Source: Eledone cirrhosa (Eukaryota). From it: a stretch of DNA of 64,000 nucleotides. Below, in pieces: positions 58,880 to 64,000 of this stretch (its first letter is position 1; each line of letters starts with the position of its first letter). Under the pieces are notes generated by a model. That model had not been told where the DNA came from and did no database searches. It worked only from the letters and a program-made list of their open reading frames with translations. The stretch is taken from NCBI GenBank assembly GCA_964016885.1, contig OZ024745.1, positions 87,978,001-88,042,000 of the forward strand, given 5' to 3'. Both the position numbers and the translations under genes were made by a program.

Positions 58880-59450
58880 TGACTGCCAACTCGTTTTCGA
58901 GTACGTCCTATACTTTATATCCATGTAGGAGAACCCCTACCGATGCGCTGAACGAATGTGACTTTTTAGTCCAGCCAGCGACTTGAAAACTCTCGTACAA
59001 ACACTAAACTTGTGTCAATCATTAACACATAGTGCTGGGCCCATGGTACCATGTGACGACAAGTGCAGAGCGATCTCCAGATATAAAGCAATGCCTGTGC
59101 CGTGAAGCTTTTATAGTGAGCAAAGGCACTGCACAAAGCCAGTCCCACTCTCTTAACCAAGATGATATTTACCAAAAAGAAGACTAAGTCAACATCATTG
59201 GATGCCATCAGGGTTGCAGGTGTTATATCAGAGTTTTCCTTCTCCTAGAATTCTGCCTTGACAAAGGCTAAGGGGTCATCTCTCTCGGTGATTTTGGATG
59301 GCCATTGACTCTTAAGAGCTCCTTTGCCCTTTGACAGGTTTTGTTTTTAGTCCTGCAGGATGTCAAAAGTCACCCTCCTCACCAAGAAACCTTGGTGGGG
59401 TTGCCAGCTTAGTGGCCAACGACCCGACCATGAGACAGGTTGTACTGGGA
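58880..59450 (-). mobile_element. Probable 5' UTR/start of an RTE-like LINE next to (CATA)n
   Basis: Minus strand has TAGCCTTTGTCAAGGC...CTAGGAGAAGGAAAACTCTGA, a motif I associate with RTE 5' UTRs, plus GGCAACCCCACC. Confidence 0.5.
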
Positions 59451-60883
59451 TACATACATACATACATTCATAAATACATACATACATATATACATACATT
59501 CATACATACATACATACATACATACATACATACATACATACATACATACATACATACATACATACATACATACATACATACATGCAAATGGATTAGAAAC
59601 AACTTCAATTCAGGAAAATTGCAGTACAGAAATAGATCTTGACTTCATATGAGAAACTTAAGACGTGTTTCACAGACATTTAACCTATTCATACTTCAAT
59701 ACCTTCAATGAAACATTTATATAATATGGCGTACAATCACATTATGGTGTTTTTAGGATTTTCAATTTGGCAAACGCGCAAATGTTTCGCAAGAAAGAAG
59801 AAAAACAATAAAAAAACAAGACGGCTCATTTACCAATGTTATTTAAGCTATTTCTAAGTTTTGCTAGACAGATAAGCAATTACAGCAGTGAAAACGTATA
59901 AAATGTCTAACGATCGTTATAACCTCATTTTAACCTTAACTCAGAAAGGCTAATAAGAATTTGATTCTCATTGAATTCATCACCAAACAATGCTGAGAAA
60001 TGGTTAACCGTGCCAGGAACGAGCAGGTGATAAATTGAGTTGTTATAAGAAGTATAGTTCACTTTTGTTATTCTTCTTCCAAATAGATAAGAATGGATCA
60101 AGTTTTCATACTCTGTTAGAATGAACCACAGTTATAATGTTGATGCCATGGAAGAGGAGAGTTCTAAATATCATAGCCCTATATACTACTTTGCTTATAA
60201 CAGTGAGGTATTATAGCTACGAACGAAATCACTTTTGTTTTCGATTAACTACTAGGAGACTAAGATGAACTACCGTGATTTATTGGTAAATTACATTTTT
60301 CTGCCCGTCACATTCGAGACGACAGTTTGAGACAGGTAATTTTCTCTTCTTTTCGTAGTATTTACTCTATATATACATACGATATGAGTTTCAATCTAAT
60401 TCAATTATTTTTACATATATTTCATTACTGCACTAGGGCTTGGTGAACACAACCACAAGGATATGGTCCGAATTGGAAGAGCCGAACTCCCACTGTCATC
60501 GCCTCCATCTCTCTCACCCTCCCCATCTCACCGTAAGGTGAGCAAATGGGGTCCCACGTGCTGGTCACCCCACAGCCCCAGCGGACAGAATGGGGAAGAC
60601 AATTGCCGGAGGATGGTAAGGGAGATGCGTCTATAAGATTTCAATTCTCAGAGCCTGCATGACATCGTTATTAGTTTTAAGAGAGGAGTAAATATCATAA
60701 AACTTCACCATTCCTCTTCATTTTTGTTCATTTATTTGTTTATAAGGAGAAAGAAATACTATTAAATCAGTCACACACACATGTACACTAAGTCAGAACA
60801 CAGGGGAACCAAACTCCAACTGCCACCGACTCCGTCTCTCTTGCTCTCCCGCTCTCCCCATCTCTCATTATTATGAGCAAATG

Positions 60884-61100
60884 AAGGGCGTTGGGTTGGC
60901 AGTATCGGTAGAGGGTCGGACACGATGCTTGGCAGCATAGAGTTATGGCCCTTTATCGTCTGAGTTCAAATCCCGCGGTGTTTAACTTTGCCTTTCATCC
61001 TTTCGGGGTCCATCAAATAAAGCACCAGTCACGCACTGGGGTCGTTTTAATCGACTTTTCCCTCCCCCAAAATTGCTGGCCTTGTGCCTATATAAGAAAC
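60884..61100 (+). mobile_element. Full-length tRNA-derived SINE with 18-bp TSD
   Basis: CATTATTATGAGCAAATG at 60866-60883 and 61101-61118; A- and B-box-like head. Confidence 0.92.
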
Positions 61101-61773
61101 CATTATTATGAGCAAATGGTGGCCCACGCGCTGGCCGCCACGCGGCCCCAGTGGGCAGAATATAGAGAAGGCGCGTCCTTGGAGATGGTGAGGGAGGTGC
61201 GCTGGAAGAGCCATTTATTGTTTATAAATAAGATGTACGAGTACAAAATAAATTATGCTTCTAAGAGTTTTAGATAACGATAATGAAACCCATTTTCCAT
61301 TATCGTTCCGAACCATCAGATTTACATCACCACATTGGAGACCCTAATTACATAGCATAACGCATTAAAAAAAACTTTTACTATTTAACTGCTAGTAACT
61401 TTCGAAGTATACACTGATGTCTCCAGGACACATTTTAACAAGAGGACACATATTTTTCTCACTAACGTACATAGCTCTTGTCACCTAGTTACACTGGGTA
61501 ACGTCAAGAGTATATTTCAAAGGTTAATTTGCTTCCTATATCAAACATTATAGTAAAATCGTCAGTAGGAGAAGGTTTAACGCATTCAATAGGGCATTAA
61601 TTCCCACGAGCTACCAACACAAATATAGAGATCAGAATATCTAGCTAAATTAATAAATTGTTTTCACTTACGGTATATTTTAGACATCAATATTTTATTG
61701 AAAACAATAAACGAAATAATGTATCTAAAATGTGCAAAACAAATATGTATCAAAACCTCATATAATATAATCA

Positions 61774-64000
61774 TCTATATATATAAAACAGAAGATGTCT
61801 GTCTGTCTGTGTAACCGCATGCATTTCTACATTTTACAACGGATTTGCACCAAATTTCATACATAGGTTTCTGAAGGCCTATTACGCGTTGGAGGCTATT
61901 TTAGTTTTTGTGGGGCCTCCCAGGGGCAGATAACCCCCTTAAGCCTCTCGCTTGGAGTCAGCAGTACTACTGCATAAAGGCCCCATAATTCCTGTAGTTT
62001 GCCTCCCATCTTCACTAAAATTAATCTTTTGTTTGCTTATGGCCTACAAATAAATTTGCAGGCATGCACTTGCGCAGAAATTCAGGTAGGAGACACATTG
62101 GGGGGCAGTAAACCGACTTAATGAATATAGCAACAAAACGTCATAAATGCTTGAATTGGTGATTGGTTTTCACGAAGCGATACGTATTATAAAGGAAGGT
62201 GAACACATGGACCTTTACTTGAACTTATCAAGGGGACCCCTGGGGGAAGGGGGTAGTAAGCTCCTTCGACTTATCTATTGAAGTTCACATTAACACTGTA
62301 TTAGTATCTGATAACTTTTGAAGTTTACGTTCGATTTTAATTTTACCGGACACATTGGTTACCCATTACCTAAAGATAATTTTGAAGACACTGTCTATAC
62401 CCGGAACAAGCAAAGGGAGCCCCAGGGGGCAGTAAGCCCCGGCGAGTTATTTATTGAATTTGGCTATTGTAATGCAGCAAAGCGTCATATCTTCGATAAT
62501 TGGTAGTCCAATAAAACGAATTTCGACTTAGATGTTATTCATGTACTCCAGATGAAGATACAGTGAGGCACATTTACTTTCATTTCAATTCAGCAAGAGG
62601 ACCCCCCCGGGGACAATGAGCCCAATTCATTAACCTATAAAAGTTCAAACTGCCACAATAAAAAAGCACCATAACCTCGGGAGTTTATACTTGATTCTTA
62701 CAAAAACTAAACGAAAGATAAAGCACCACACATTCGTTATCACTTGAATTTTGCAAGGTAACCCCCTCTGGAGGGCAGTAAGTCCCTTTGGACCACTTTT
62801 AAAGTTCATATTATGGTCGCAGCAAAGCATTTGAACTTCTGGAAATAAAAGTCAATTTAAACGAAAGTTGACGCATCGGTTACTCATGTCCTACAAATGG
62901 ATAGCGAATTTTAAAATCCTCCTTTAGTTTGTTTAGCTAACTTTAGGATGATTGAATTTAATTTTGCACCCGGTTGTCTCCCCCGTGTAATTGCACCACA
63001 ATTAAGTGCGGAATGGGGAGTTAACTTTTTTCCCTTGAACTTTGGCGTCATTTCACACTGTTAAACAAGAAAACGTGATTTAACCCAGGTGTACATTTTA
63101 ACGCCTACTGTATGTGGATTGTGCTATTTCACACTTATGCCTAAACTGTGCGAATGATTGATTAGTTTTTGCACCCGGTTGTATCTCCCGTTTAATTGCA
63201 CCCCAATTAAGTGCGAAATGGCGACATCTCGCCAACCACACATCAGTGACTTGTGTTCAGTAGATTTCATCACACGTATTTGTATTATCTAACCAATCAG
63301 ACAACTCGAGTGTTGTTCATTGAGCGAAATCACTCCTATTTATATCGGTCAAGTCGGACCTAAGATCAGACTTCTTTTTTGGCTTTTGACATGCGTACTC
63401 TCATAAGCTACCCGATGTTTCTGAAACACATGCTTCTTCAACATTTGTCACCTTAAAGGAGGTTTAGTTAATGTGTTTATGGTCATAAGGTACCAGTTTA
63501 TCATGCTGTGATTTTTCGGCCATTTTTGCCTGTATCCTTTCAATGGTTAATACTTACTTATTGCTATGTTCGAACTGAACAAACATACTGACACTTATAT
63601 ACCTACCACTGTAGCCACACTATTTAATTTCCTTTATCACAGGTAGTCCGTACGCTGCGTTTCCCTTAACTTAATATCTTAAATTTGACTGGTACACAAA
63701 ATCTTGCAAAACATACCCACTTTCTCAGACCACATAGATTTATCACATTTTTTCACAATTTATATCTGTGTTTATATTTGCTTACTTAAACGTTATTTGT
63801 CCACTATTTATCGTTCTACCTGGTTAATTTTCTAAGAACAATTTCCCAAAGAAAAGAACTTTCATTGGTTGATTATCTAATGTTGTAAGCAGGTCTAAGC
63901 GAAGGCGTCTCACCGAAGATGTAAATGCGACACAGAATGTTGTGCAGACGGCAGCTACAAGAGCGGAGGAGGATGACAGTCGGCGTGAATTTCGACAGAA
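61774..64000 (+). mobile_element. Probable Helitron 5' portion, continuing beyond the window
   Basis: A|TCTATATATATAAAA followed by (GTCT)n and CGGATTTGCACCAAATTT; internal GGGGCAGTAAGCCCC repeats; coding-like end RSKRRRLTED...AATRAEEDDSRREFRQ. Confidence 0.6.

Overview
AT-rich, microsatellite-dense eukaryotic DNA with no recognisable host exon. The tRNA-derived SINE family resembles those of octopod cephalopods (inference from memory, not a search). The window is almost all transposon debris: Penelope-like elements (PLEs; one with YVDD RT plus GIY-YIG, and several with GxYRDD and/or a CxCx5Cx5C linker, resembling the Hydra clade), R4/Dong-type RLE LINEs, Tx1/L1 and RTE LINEs, SINEs, hAT MITEs with 8-bp TSDs, two probable Helitron 5' ends and several long foldback palindromes. 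The most interesting layer is non-coding: small 420-700 bp elements sit in (TA)n tracts as tandem, circularly permuted and inverted monomers. The best case is a 421-bp monomer (47292-48466, further copy at 39541-39890) with an intact minimal type I hammerhead ribozyme in every copy, i.e. a retrozyme-like system probably mobilised by the neighbouring PLEs. The PLE 3' ends carry further canonical, variant (CAGANGA core) or decayed hammerheads.
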